Assembly (NCBI RefSeq): GCF_000328665.1
Contig: NC_019977.1
Span: 1,240,001 to 1,304,000 of the forward strand
From: Methanomethylovorans hollandica DSM 15978
Lineage (GTDB): Archaea > Halobacteriota > Methanosarcinia > Methanosarcinales > Methanosarcinaceae
Direction of reading: 5' to 3'
Length of the DNA stretch: 64,000 nt
Shown: one piece after another, positions 39,150 to 49,041 of the stretch
Position numbering within the stretch: position 1 is the stretch's first letter
Layout: each line of letters opens with the position of its first letter
Notes under the pieces: model-generated
Database searches by the model: none
What the model was told of the DNA's origin: nothing
Seen by the model: the letters and a program-made list of their open reading frames with translations, nothing else
Made by a program: the position numbers and the translations under genes

Positions 39150-40211
39150 ATGGAGATTCATCAGATCCTGCCAACTATATCTCCCTGCGATGCCATTGGA
39201 AATGAAGCGTTCGTTATACGGGATATACTTCGCAACTGGGGTTACAGATCAGAAATATTTGCACAGAACATACATCAATCAATCAATTCTGTAAATCAGT
39301 TATCCGAACATAAAAAAAGATCTTCTAAAAAAAATGTGCTTATATATCATTTTTCCATAGGTTCCGATGTTTCAAAGTACGTGATGAATGCTCCTGATAG
39401 AAAGATACTCCTGTATCATAACATAACACCACCTCATTTTTTCTATAATGTCAATGATAATCTTGCATTGATCCTAAGTAAAGGAAAAGAAGAACTAAAA
39501 CAGCTTGTCGGTAAAATAGACGTGGCTCTGGGTGATTCGGAATACAATCGTATAGAGCTGCAAGATATCGGTTATAATAGGACGGGAGTACTTCCCCTGC
39601 TCATAGATCTTGAAAAGTATGACAGATATAACCAAGGACTGATCACCAGGTATGATGATGGCTGGACCAATATTCTTTTTGTCGGGAGAACAGCACCCAA
39701 TAAAAAACAGGAAGACATCATCAAATGTTTCTATTATTACAAGGCCATAAACCCACGTTCCAGGCTCTTTTTAGTTGGCGGGTTCAATGGCTGTGAAGTT
39801 TACTATGATCAGTTGCAGAATTTAATAAAAAGATTGGGAATAAAGGATATACACATAATAGGGATGGCTGATTTCCCAGACCTTGTATCTTATTACATGC
39901 TTGCACATATGTTCCTTTGCATGAGCGAGCATGAAGGTTTCAGTGTGCCTTTGATCGAAAGTATGCATTTTGGTGTTCCGATAATTGCCTATAGTTCAAC
40001 AGCTGTGCCTTATACATTGGGTGGAGCCGGCATTTTGGTCAATAGGAAATGCTATCCTGAAATAGCAGAAATGATCAATTTGGTCGTTACAGATGAGAAG
40101 CTCCGTGAAAGGATAATAGCAAAACAGAACATCAGATTAAAGGACTTCGCTTATAAAAGAACAATGGATGTGTTCAGAGAACAGCTAAATAAGGTGATCC
40201 ACGAGTGTTAG
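39150..40211 (+). CDS. Glycosyltransferase family 4
   Basis: DAIGN, YHNITP, FVGRTAPNK, SEHEGFSVPLIESM. Confidence 0.92.
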   Translation: MEIHQILPTISPCDAIGNEAFVIRDILRNWGYRSEIFAQNIHQSINSVNQLSEHKKRSSKKNVLIYHFSIGSDVSKYVMNAPDRKILLYHNITPPHFFYNVNDNLALILSKGKEELKQLVGKIDVALGDSEYNRIELQDIGYNRTGVLPLLIDLEKYDRYNQGLITRYDDGWTNILFVGRTAPNKKQEDIIKCFYYYKAINPRSRLFLVGGFNGCEVYYDQLQNLIKRLGIKDIHIIGMADFPDLVSYYMLAHMFLCMSEHEGFSVPLIESMHFGVPIIAYSSTAVPYTLGGAGILVNRKCYPEIAEMINLVVTDEKLRERIIAKQNIRLKDFAYKRTMDVFREQLNKVIHEC

Positions 40212-41455
40212 AAATAAAGAGCGGTGGCCCTGAAGCACTTCTTAACAAAAAGACAGCTCTTTCCTCCAATGGCGATAAAGAGAAAATACCATATAAGATA
40301 GCATTCGTAGTTCAAAGATACGGACTTGAGATCAACGGCGGTGCGGAGTACCTTTGCAGAGAAGTGGCCGAACATCTTTCAAAGTACTTTGATATAAATG
40401 TCATTACCACATGCGCCATCGATTATGTTACATGGAAAAATGAGTATGATGCAGGGGAAACATGCATAAATGGCGTATCAGTTAAGAGGTTTCCTGTCGA
40501 CTTTCCCAGAGATCTAAAACGTTTTAACAAATGCTCAGAGAAGGTCTTATGCAAAGTTCATTCATTTGATGAAGAGACAGAGTGGATGAAACTGCAAGGC
40601 CCTTACTCTACTGAACTTTTTAAGTTCATCGGGGACAGTAAGGATGATTACGATCTTTTCTTCTTTTTCACGTATCTGTATTGCACAACTTTCTTTGGCC
40701 TTCCGCTGGTGGCCGACAAAGCTATCCTGGTCCCTGCTGCACACGATGAGCCTCCTGTTTATCTATCTATCTTTAACGAGACATTCCACATTCCCAGAGC
40801 TATAATGTACAACACGAAGGAAGAGAAAGATTTTGTGATCCGGCACTTTGGGAACGGACATGTACCTTATGATATAGCTGGCTCCGGGGTTTCCCTTTCT
40901 GAAGAGGCGCACAGCAGTAATTCCCCTAAAGAGATCATTAAAGAGGATTTCATAACCTACATGGGTAGAATAGACGAATCCAAGGGATGCGGGGAATTAT
41001 TTGACTTTTTCCGAAGGTATAAAAAAGAAAAACCTTCATCCATTAAACTCGTAGTACTGGGAAAAGCTGTTATGAAAATACCTTCACATCCGGATATTAT
41101 CTACCTTGGTTTTGTATCCGAAGAAGAAAAGTACAATATTCTCAAAAATTCCAAAATACTTATAATGCCATCTAAATACGAGAGCTTATCCATGGTATTG
41201 CTGGAAGCATGGTACTGTTGGAAGCCTGTTCTGGTCAATGGACAGTGTGACGTACTCAAAGGGCAATGTATCCGAAGCAATGCCGGTCTGTGGTACGAGA
41301 ACTATGATGAGTTCAGCGCATGTCTTAACCTATTACTTGCTGATGAACACTTAAGAGACCAGCTCGGAGATAAAGGCAGGCAATTTGTGGATATGCATTA
41401 TAGCTGGGAAACCATTGAGAAAAAGTATCTCAACCTTATCGAAAGGGTCATTTGA
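40205..41455 (+). CDS. Glycosyltransferase family 4
   Basis: VQRYG..GGAE, GRIDESKG, PSKYESLSMVLLEAW; paralogous to 37979-39148. Confidence 0.92.
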   Translation: MLEIKSGGPEALLNKKTALSSNGDKEKIPYKIAFVVQRYGLEINGGAEYLCREVAEHLSKYFDINVITTCAIDYVTWKNEYDAGETCINGVSVKRFPVDFPRDLKRFNKCSEKVLCKVHSFDEETEWMKLQGPYSTELFKFIGDSKDDYDLFFFFTYLYCTTFFGLPLVADKAILVPAAHDEPPVYLSIFNETFHIPRAIMYNTKEEKDFVIRHFGNGHVPYDIAGSGVSLSEEAHSSNSPKEIIKEDFITYMGRIDESKGCGELFDFFRRYKKEKPSSIKLVVLGKAVMKIPSHPDIIYLGFVSEEEKYNILKNSKILIMPSKYESLSMVLLEAWYCWKPVLVNGQCDVLKGQCIRSNAGLWYENYDEFSACLNLLLADEHLRDQLGDKGRQFVDMHYSWETIEKKYLNLIERVI

Positions 41456-41457
41456 TC

Positions 41458-41871
41458 TTAGAACGATTCTTGTATCTTCTTTGCAAGCTGTGCCAGATTC
41501 TCAGTACCCGGATCCGTTGCCACTATATCGTGCATTGATCCGCCGTTATCTCCTGCCTTACGGGGAATTATGTGGACATGCACATGCGGTACACTTTGTC
41601 CGGCGACTTCACCTACGTTCATACCGATGTTCATGCCATCCAGACCAAAAGCCCTGGAAACAGCTTTTGAAATGATATTCACTGAGCAGAAGAGATCAGA
41701 TGCATCTTTTTCGTGCATTTCAGTGAACAGACTGATATGCTTTTTCGGCATCACTATTGTATGCCCTTCGGAGCACGGATAGACGTCAAGGAAAGCAAAC
41801 ACGCAATCATCTTCATAAACTTTATATGATGGAATCGACCCTGAGAGTATCTTGCAAAAAATGCATTCCAT
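41458..41871 (-). CDS. HIT family nucleotide hydrolase
   Basis: CIFCKI, AFLD..P...GHT, GQSVPHVHVHIIPR. Confidence 0.93.
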   Translation of the reverse strand: MECIFCKILSGSIPSYKVYEDDCVFAFLDVYPCSEGHTIVMPKKHISLFTEMHEKDASDLFCSVNIISKAVSRAFGLDGMNIGMNVGEVAGQSVPHVHVHIIPRKAGDNGGSMHDIVATDPGTENLAQLAKKIQESF

Positions 41872-42007
41872 GTAACATCGCCTCAATCAAAATTTATCTC
41901 ACTCATATAAGATAAATATAACGCAATATACCCCGCCAGAAAACAGATATTTCTGTTATAGTTTAGGTTTTTTCAGTTTATGCTGCTTGCATTAAGGCAA
42001 GAAAGTA

Positions 42008-44311
42008 TCATGCAGCCATTGCAGGTGATCCAAAAGTAATATTCTGGAAGGCCACACTCATATATCTGTCATCAACACTATTTTCAACGTCCTGAGGTCT
42101 CAAATAACCTTCAGGTACATAGAAACGCACAACGTTCATTCCCTTTTCAAGATGTAAAGTTGTTTGGACATCACTGAATGTTGTGGAAGATACATTCACT
42201 CCATGCTCCAACAGACCGTTCGTATACATCTCAAGATTTACAGATCTACCATAGCTGATCGCTCTGAAATCAAGAGATGTATTCATATTTTCCGATGAGT
42301 ATATTGCTATTGTTGCATTATTTGAAGTCCAGCGGGTGGGTATGCCACCCCAGTCCTCAATTTCATACCAGTTACTTAATAATAGCACTGGATTGCTGGC
42401 CGTTTCAATATTGCTATCACTAATGCTTATCCATACTTTTTCCGGGGAAGATACCGACAATTTATAAACATAGCTCTTTTTGTCATTATACACAGGTTTC
42501 ATTTCCGTAAGGACCAAATAATTCACTTCATCTTCTTTCAGGTCCATATCATACTCCTGCTTCCCCAGTTTTAAGGAGACTGAAGTATCTTTGTCCTGTG
42601 CACCTATTACAATTGATATAACATCCGTTTTATTCTCTGACCTTAGTAATAAATTCGTAGAGCCATTGATCATAAAAACATTTTCTGATAACTTACTGTT
42701 CTCATCCACAGCATACACTTTGAGATCTCCTGTTATATGGTCACGCTCCCAGAAGGGAAGATAGTTCAATTGAGTATATTCGATTGGTAAATAGGAGTAT
42801 GGAAAACTGGTCTGATGGATCGAGGGATTAGCCGAATTTCCGATAGGATCTAAAATTACCGGATTTAAGGTTACACCTGCGAGTAAAGTAACTAACAACA
42901 ACTGTTTTAAATTAACTTTTGGGATCAAAAATAAAAATAACGGATATACGTAAAAATATCTGTTGCCAACGGCATGAGTGCCGCCCCAGTAATTGTATCC
43001 GACAATTATAGCAAAGAATAAGATGTATAGCACAATTCCTGTGGCTATGAGGATCTTATCTGTGTTGGAATTAATATAATCCTTAATCTCACTTGTTTTT
43101 GTAGAAAAGTGCCTAATGTTAGTGTAATTATTATTATTATTATTATTATTATGATTATTATGATTATGATTATGATTATGATTATGATTATGATTATGAT
43201 TATGATTATTAGTAGTAGTATTAGTATTAGTATTACTACTACTACTACTGCTATAACGATTACTACTATTAGTATTGCTTTTAGTTTTATGGTAAGCAAA
43301 TTTTAAAACGGGTATAGCTGAGAGAAGTACAAATGGATAATACCAGAACATTCCTGTAAAACTGCCAAAGAAATAGTAGAATAAATTGTAGGGGATGATC
43401 TTGATATTATTAGTATTGATCAGAGCATCAATATTGCTTTGAGATACGCTAAATAGTGACCTGCCAATTTCATTGACGCTGTCATATCCTCCAACAAATG
43501 GGAAATTTTGTGCATAATACAATCTATTCCCACCATAGAAGGAAAATGTTTCTGCGTGCATGAAAAAATAACCATATACTACAACAAGAGGCAGTGCAAA
43601 TACAATGGCCATCAAAGAAGCAGTATGGTACCTTTTGCTATATAATTCATAGAAAAACAGCGGGACAAAAAAGACCATATTTGGGACTTTTGCTGCAACT
43701 GCAATACCAAATATAAAAGAAGAAATAAAAAGATATTTAGGATCATTGCTTCTGAAATATGTTATCCATAAAAACATACCGCTCATTAAAAGGAACATAT
43801 TATAGATCTCTGCATGCAGCCAGAAGATATAAACGAAGGCTGCAGAGAGAAAAAAGTACAGTGCGGATATTGCCAGTGCAATTTTATCTTCATTTTGTTT
43901 TTGCAAATAACGGTAACCGATCAGGATCATTGAGAAAAACATTAATCCATTAAGTAGCAGAACCCCGTTTATCCCGAATAATTTATAGAATGGAACTGCA
44001 AACATCGCAAATGTGAATTCCTTTCCGTAATAATATTCCCCATCATCGGTTTTTATTAAAAACATGCCAGCAGGAATGAAATTATCTTCTAAGGCCCTAT
44101 TAATGTCCTTTGACTCATAGCGTATATCAAAGTCATTAGATATACTCTGTATTTGCATGTAGTAAGTACCTGCATCCGCCCAGCGATAGACTGGAGCATG
44201 CATTGTTGCAAGTACAAGGAATAATAACACTGAGGCAAGTATGATCTTAACATAATGAGCTCGAGTTATTTTTCTTAAATAGTGGAAAGAAATAAAAAAA
44301 CCTCCGATCAA
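42008..44311 (-). CDS. Multi-pass membrane protein (GT-C-like, glycosylation locus) with C-terminal soluble domain
   Basis: About a dozen hydrophobic segments, WADAGTYY loop, GNRYF, C-terminal W...E......RWT...DDR motif; low-complexity insert. Confidence 0.7.
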   Translation of the reverse strand: MIGGFFISFHYLRKITRAHYVKIILASVLLFLVLATMHAPVYRWADAGTYYMQIQSISNDFDIRYESKDINRALEDNFIPAGMFLIKTDDGEYYYGKEFTFAMFAVPFYKLFGINGVLLLNGLMFFSMILIGYRYLQKQNEDKIALAISALYFFLSAAFVYIFWLHAEIYNMFLLMSGMFLWITYFRSNDPKYLFISSFIFGIAVAAKVPNMVFFVPLFFYELYSKRYHTASLMAIVFALPLVVVYGYFFMHAETFSFYGGNRLYYAQNFPFVGGYDSVNEIGRSLFSVSQSNIDALINTNNIKIIPYNLFYYFFGSFTGMFWYYPFVLLSAIPVLKFAYHKTKSNTNSSNRYSSSSSSNTNTNTTTNNHNHNHNHNHNHNHNHNNHNNNNNNNNYTNIRHFSTKTSEIKDYINSNTDKILIATGIVLYILFFAIIVGYNYWGGTHAVGNRYFYVYPLFLFLIPKVNLKQLLLVTLLAGVTLNPVILDPIGNSANPSIHQTSFPYSYLPIEYTQLNYLPFWERDHITGDLKVYAVDENSKLSENVFMINGSTNLLLRSENKTDVISIVIGAQDKDTSVSLKLGKQEYDMDLKEDEVNYLVLTEMKPVYNDKKSYVYKLSVSSPEKVWISISDSNIETASNPVLLLSNWYEIEDWGGIPTRWTSNNATIAIYSSENMNTSLDFRAISYGRSVNLEMYTNGLLEHGVNVSSTTFSDVQTTLHLEKGMNVVRFYVPEGYLRPQDVENSVDDRYMSVAFQNITFGSPAMAA
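43128..43277. repeat. Compound coding microsatellite (TTA)n/(ATGATT)n/(TAG)n/(TAC)n
   Basis: Encodes SSSSSSNTNTNTTTNNHNHNHNHNHNHNHNNHNNNNNNNN on the minus strand. Confidence 0.95.
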
Positions 44312-44482
44312 CCATCAGTATCTGAACCAGAGATAAGAACCGAGATATATAAAGGTATGTTTATTTTTGATGACTAGATAACCCTAATATACTTGCCAGA
44401 TAATAGGTCATCTGTTTCCGTAGTTTGTTCCGGGCAAATTTGTATAATGGAAGAGTAGAAAAAGGATTAACGAGATAAAATT

Positions 44483-45478
44483 ATGGATAAAAATGCTATC
44501 AGGATCATTTTTGCAATGGTTGTTTCATTAACTCTTCTTTTTATATTATATTCACAAATTGATATTGACGATATTCTTTATACAATTGGCCTGCTAGACC
44601 CATTTTATCTCTTAATTGCATTTATGCTGTATGTAGGCAATTATTTTTTCAGATCTCTGCGCTTTTACCTGCTCCTGGAAAAGAAGATCAGTTTGAGAGA
44701 CCTATTTACAGTTGTCTGTGTCCACAATATGACAAATAATATTTTCCCGGCAAGAACAGGAGAATTGTCTTATATCTATCTTTTAAAAAAGATCCATTAC
44801 AAAAAAATAGAAGAAGGCATAGCATCATTGCTGATCGCACGTTTTCTTGACTTTGTTTCTATAATGGTTTTATTTCTGATGGCAACCTATACCATTGGGA
44901 ATCTGACTCCGGCAACCATGCACTTAGTATGGATAATAACATTTTTTATGTTGTCATTGATCATGTTATTCGTGATGTTTGTGCATTTTGGAAAGAAAGT
45001 GCCTCAACTTTTCAGAGCTATTGCTTTTCGATTAAAACTAGATCATATCAATCTCATTTCTTTGTTATTGGATAAAACCGATGGAACAATAGAGAGGCTT
45101 CAGCTGCTCAAGAATTATGAAAAGGTTTTTTTGCTCAAATTGATAATGGTTTCCCTGACCATCTGGCTTTTAATGTATTCTTTCAATTTCCTTCTTGTGC
45201 GTGCAATGAATATTGATCTGAATTTTATGCTCGTGGTTTTTGCAACTTCCTTCGCAATATTTACAACTGTTTTACCGATCCAGGGCATTGGTGGATTCGG
45301 AACTCTTGAAAGCGGATGGGCTATAGGTTTTATAACAGTGGGTCTGTCAAAGGATGTTGCGATCAGTTCCGGGCTGATCTACCATACGATCATATTGATA
45401 TATTTCCTTCTTCTGGGTATTTGGGGAACTATGCTGATAAAAAAGAGATTCAGGAATGAACAGAATCACTTATTATAG
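44483..45478 (+). CDS. Lysylphosphatidylglycerol-synthase TM / flippase-like protein (UPF0104)
   Basis: FRSLRF, NNIFPARTGE, RFLD, LPIQGIGGFGTLE. Confidence 0.85.
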   Translation: MDKNAIRIIFAMVVSLTLLFILYSQIDIDDILYTIGLLDPFYLLIAFMLYVGNYFFRSLRFYLLLEKKISLRDLFTVVCVHNMTNNIFPARTGELSYIYLLKKIHYKKIEEGIASLLIARFLDFVSIMVLFLMATYTIGNLTPATMHLVWIITFFMLSLIMLFVMFVHFGKKVPQLFRAIAFRLKLDHINLISLLLDKTDGTIERLQLLKNYEKVFLLKLIMVSLTIWLLMYSFNFLLVRAMNIDLNFMLVVFATSFAIFTTVLPIQGIGGFGTLESGWAIGFITVGLSKDVAISSGLIYHTIILIYFLLLGIWGTMLIKKRFRNEQNHLL

Positions 45479-46212
45479 GATGGTTTTTTGCATACGGCGA
45501 TCAATGAAAGACCAACAGGAAAACTAACATTGTTTTCAACAGTTGAGAACCACTTGTTTAAGAAACCATAATAAAAAGGAGCCTTATTTCTATATCTGAA
45601 TTCTTCATTTATTTGTTTTTTCAGCACTTTTTCAGAGATAATTACAGGCAGAAATCCCAGAAAATTCCAATACCTCATTTTCATGACCGTTAATCCGGAA
45701 CTTTCAATCAATTTAACTAGGTCCTCCCTGTTATATCGCCTGTAATGTCCTATTTCTTTATCGCGGATTCCATAGAGGAAACTAAAAGCTGGAACAGAAA
45801 CAATGATGATAGCTTCTTCCTTTAACGTATAGGCTAAATTATTTAAAGCTGTTTGGTCATCATTTATGTGCTCAAGAACATCAAGACAAATGATCGTATC
45901 GTAGACGTCGCGTCCAAGGGATTTTACATCCATCAGATCCATAGTATGAAGACTGGCAGTTCTATCGTTTTGTTCAAGTATTTTGTGTGTAAATGAAGTT
46001 AATTCATCAACACAATCAATGGCGGTAACTTGATATCCCTCATTGAGCAGGCTTAAAGTCATGTGCCCGGTACCACAACCGGCATCCAGAACAGAATGAC
46101 CTGTCACATACTTTTTTACAAGTAAACGCAAATTTTCCCATCTGAAGTCTCTTTTTCCAGACTCATGGATCTTTTCAAGATGACTTGCTATATTTGAATT
46201 CATCCCACTCAT
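45466..46212 (-). CDS. Class I SAM-dependent methyltransferase
   Basis: VLDAGCGTG, LDVLEHI, VSVPA, GHYRRY. Confidence 0.9.
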   Translation of the reverse strand: MSGMNSNIASHLEKIHESGKRDFRWENLRLLVKKYVTGHSVLDAGCGTGHMTLSLLNEGYQVTAIDCVDELTSFTHKILEQNDRTASLHTMDLMDVKSLGRDVYDTIICLDVLEHINDDQTALNNLAYTLKEEAIIIVSVPAFSFLYGIRDKEIGHYRRYNREDLVKLIESSGLTVMKMRYWNFLGFLPVIISEKVLKKQINEEFRYRNKAPFYYGFLNKWFSTVENNVSFPVGLSLIAVCKKPSYNK

Positions 46213-46266
46213 CCTATTGTTCAGCCCTTAAGTTGTTTGTGATGTTATTTATAAGAATACATATTT

Positions 46267-47208
46267 TCAGAGACCGGTTTCCGGTTCAAAACTATCGTAT
46301 TTGATGATGTAGTCATCATTGTTCCTGTTGTGCGTCATCAGTTCTCCTATCAATCCAAGAGAGATCAACTGCACCCCTGTTACGATAAGTACGATCCCAA
46401 GCATTAGCAAAGGCCTGTCACCTATTTTGATACCTCTGATCCATAAAGAGGATAAATAGCCACCTATCAGTATCCCGGATAGACAGAGAAGGAAACCCAC
46501 AGTACCAAATATGTGAAGAGGTCTTTTTTTGTAAGTCCCTAAAAATGTAACGGTAATAAGATCCAGAAATCCTTTTAATAACCTTTCGATCCCATATTTC
46601 GATTTTCCATACTTTCTTGCATGATGATCAACTTTGATCTCGCCAACAGTATATCCTTTCCAGTGTGCAAGTACAGGGATGTATCGATGGAATTCCGCAT
46701 ATACATGTATATTTTTCACAACATAACTTCTGTATCCTTTATATCCGCAGTTAAAGTCGTGGATTTTTATACCTGTCAATATTTGTGTTAGTTTATTAAA
46801 TATTTTAGAAAAAGCTCTTTTGCTCATTGTGTCTTTTCGTTCGAATTTCCAACCGGAGACCATATCATATTCTTTGAGAGCAACCAGGAATTGTGGGATC
46901 TCTTTTGGATCATCCTGTAAGTCTCCATCCATAGTAATGATATATTCTCCCCTCGCTTCTCTAAAACCACAAGAAAGAGCTGCAGCTTTTCCATAGTTCC
47001 GCTGGAATTGCAGTATTCTGAGATACTCGTCTTGTATACTCTTAAGTTTTTCAAAAGTTTTATCAGTAGAACCATCGTCTATAAATATAATTTCATAGGT
47101 CAGATTCAATGTAGGAATTATATTCTTGAGTGCTTCGTGCAACCAAATTACATTCTCTTCCTCATTATGAACCGGAATTACTATGGAAAGATTCGTTTTT
47201 TTCGACAT
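46267..47208 (-). CDS. GT2 polyprenol-phosphate glycosyltransferase (ArnC/DPM-like)
   Basis: SIVIPVHNEE, DDGSTD, RNYGK, MDGDLQDDP, HRYIP, two C-terminal TM helices. Confidence 0.92.
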   Translation of the reverse strand: MSKKTNLSIVIPVHNEEENVIWLHEALKNIIPTLNLTYEIIFIDDGSTDKTFEKLKSIQDEYLRILQFQRNYGKAAALSCGFREARGEYIITMDGDLQDDPKEIPQFLVALKEYDMVSGWKFERKDTMSKRAFSKIFNKLTQILTGIKIHDFNCGYKGYRSYVVKNIHVYAEFHRYIPVLAHWKGYTVGEIKVDHHARKYGKSKYGIERLLKGFLDLITVTFLGTYKKRPLHIFGTVGFLLCLSGILIGGYLSSLWIRGIKIGDRPLLMLGIVLIVTGVQLISLGLIGELMTHNRNNDDYIIKYDSFEPETGL

Positions 47209-47332
47209 GAAAAGCTTCCTTCTATTTCAATGACTAAAAAATGTGGCAAACATAAGTTCGGTTGATGGTAACTATTAATACGTCTTAAAAGTATCTATTA
47301 TAATCTTCTGAAGTGTTTCCATGATATAATAA

Positions 47333-47803
47333 CTAATTAGCTGCAAGCCTGATCCCCACAACTTTTATTTCAAAATGCAGCACCTCATCCGCCAGTGGAT
47401 GGTTCATGTCCAGTGTCACAGTATCCTCAGTGATAGCTGTTATAGAGGCTGGCATTTTGGACCCATCCGGCAGGCTTACCAGCAGCATGGTTTCCTCCGT
47501 TAACCTCTCATTATTGGGAATGGAAACCCTGGGAATAGTTTCCACCAGATTCTTACTGTATTCTCCATAACCTTTGGAAGGTTCAAGTCTTATGGTCTTT
47601 TTATCGCCGATCTCCATATTCAAAACAGCTTCCTCGAAACCCTGTAATACCTGACCGCCACCAACCTTGAACTCCAGAGGACCACCCTGACTTTCAGAGC
47701 TGTCGAAAATTCCCCCGTTATCAAGAGTACCAACGTACTCTACCGCAACTATATCGCCTAGCTTTACGCCCAAAAATACCATTCCTTCTGAGTAAAAAAT
47801 CAA
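47333..47803 (-). CDS. FKBP-type peptidyl-prolyl isomerase (SlyD-like)
   Basis: EYVGTLDNG.IFDSS, PLEF.VG, GFEEA, LDMNHPLA; start uncertain. Confidence 0.92.
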   Translation of the reverse strand: MIFYSEGMVFLGVKLGDIVAVEYVGTLDNGGIFDSSESQGGPLEFKVGGGQVLQGFEEAVLNMEIGDKKTIRLEPSKGYGEYSKNLVETIPRVSIPNNERLTEETMLLVSLPDGSKMPASITAITEDTVTLDMNHPLADEVLHFEIKVVGIRLAAN

Positions 47804-47940
47804 CTTTTGCTTATCTATATATTATAGAGCCTGCACATTTATAATGCTTTGCGATTTTGTTTATCAGAAGGAATGCATGCAATAAAATTGAAGAAAAAAA
47901 GAAGAAAGAGATTTGAAGAAAAAAAATTGCAGCAAAGATT

Positions 47941-48990
47941 TCACTTACTTGTTCCTTTTATATTGATCAGACCGGTTACCGGATCTGCGGACTCATATCC
48001 CACATGTTTTCTCTCCAGGTTGCTGCGGATGGCAGAATCAATTATATGTACCAGGTCTGGTTTACTTAGCAGTGTAACAGCTGAAAGGAACTTTAGCTGA
48101 TTAGGGTCCTGTCCCGAACTTTCAAGTAGCTCTACCATAGGATACCCCTGAGAAGATGTCAGACTGCCTTTGACCAGATCTTTTCCTAAACTCAGGGAGA
48201 TCTTCACATGACCTATAAATAAAGGATTGAGCAATTCGATCTTTTCCTTTACTTCTTCCAGTATTTTAAGGATCATAGCTGCCATATCTTCCCTGTCCAG
48301 ATCCTTAGTATCAAGGGAATATTTTCCCGAATGACTAGATACCTGGGAAAGTTCAATGGAATTCCTGTTCTCGCCTTCCTGGCGGGCAGTTCCCTCTCCT
48401 GCCAGCAGGTCTATGAACCTCATGAACTGTGCATCTGCCCGTCTGGCAGAGAATTCCACGATAAGAGCATCCGGATTGAGATCCATTAGCTTCCCGGTTA
48501 CACTGACCAGAGTTTCCCTGTCCACAAGATCGATCTTGTTCACACATAGTATCTCAGCTTCCTTTATCTGTGTCACTATAAACTTCGGTACCTGGGACAG
48601 TTCCACATTTAACCTGCTGGCATCCACGATAGTCACCACCGGAGCAAACGAAAGTTCAGGTAATTCCATCAAAGCCACATGTTCCTTTATCTGCAAGGGA
48701 AGGGCAATACCAGTGGGCTCGATGATCAGAACATCCGGATCGTATTCCTCTTCCAGGGTCTGCAGTGTGTACTCCATGCTGATCTTAAGTGTACAGCAGA
48801 TACATCCGCTTGTAAGCTCCCTTGCAATAAGTCCGGACCCTGCTAAAGTTTCTCCATCTACTCCCACTTCTCCGATCTCGTTTACTATTATAGCAACCCT
48901 GTGGCCCTTTTCCACCATATGTCTTCCAAGGCTGAGCAATGTTGTCGTTTTTCCGCTTCCAAGAAATCCACCAATGATTATAACTTTCAT
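47941..48990 (-). CDS. CobW/COG0523-type metallochaperone GTPase
   Basis: GGFLGSGKTT, NEIG, GCICC, IEPTG, NKID. Confidence 0.9.
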   Translation of the reverse strand: MKVIIIGGFLGSGKTTTLLSLGRHMVEKGHRVAIIVNEIGEVGVDGETLAGSGLIARELTSGCICCTLKISMEYTLQTLEEEYDPDVLIIEPTGIALPLQIKEHVALMELPELSFAPVVTIVDASRLNVELSQVPKFIVTQIKEAEILCVNKIDLVDRETLVSVTGKLMDLNPDALIVEFSARRADAQFMRFIDLLAGEGTARQEGENRNSIELSQVSSHSGKYSLDTKDLDREDMAAMILKILEEVKEKIELLNPLFIGHVKISLSLGKDLVKGSLTSSQGYPMVELLESSGQDPNQLKFLSAVTLLSKPDLVHIIDSAIRSNLERKHVGYESADPVTGLINIKGTSK

Positions 48991-49041
48991 TATAACACCT
49001 TTGCATTTTTTTCACAGTATAAAGCATTATAGAGCATTTTC

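Noticed and set aside
43045..43306. Poly-Ile and Ile-Met ORFs
   Set aside because: Alternative frames of the microsatellite.
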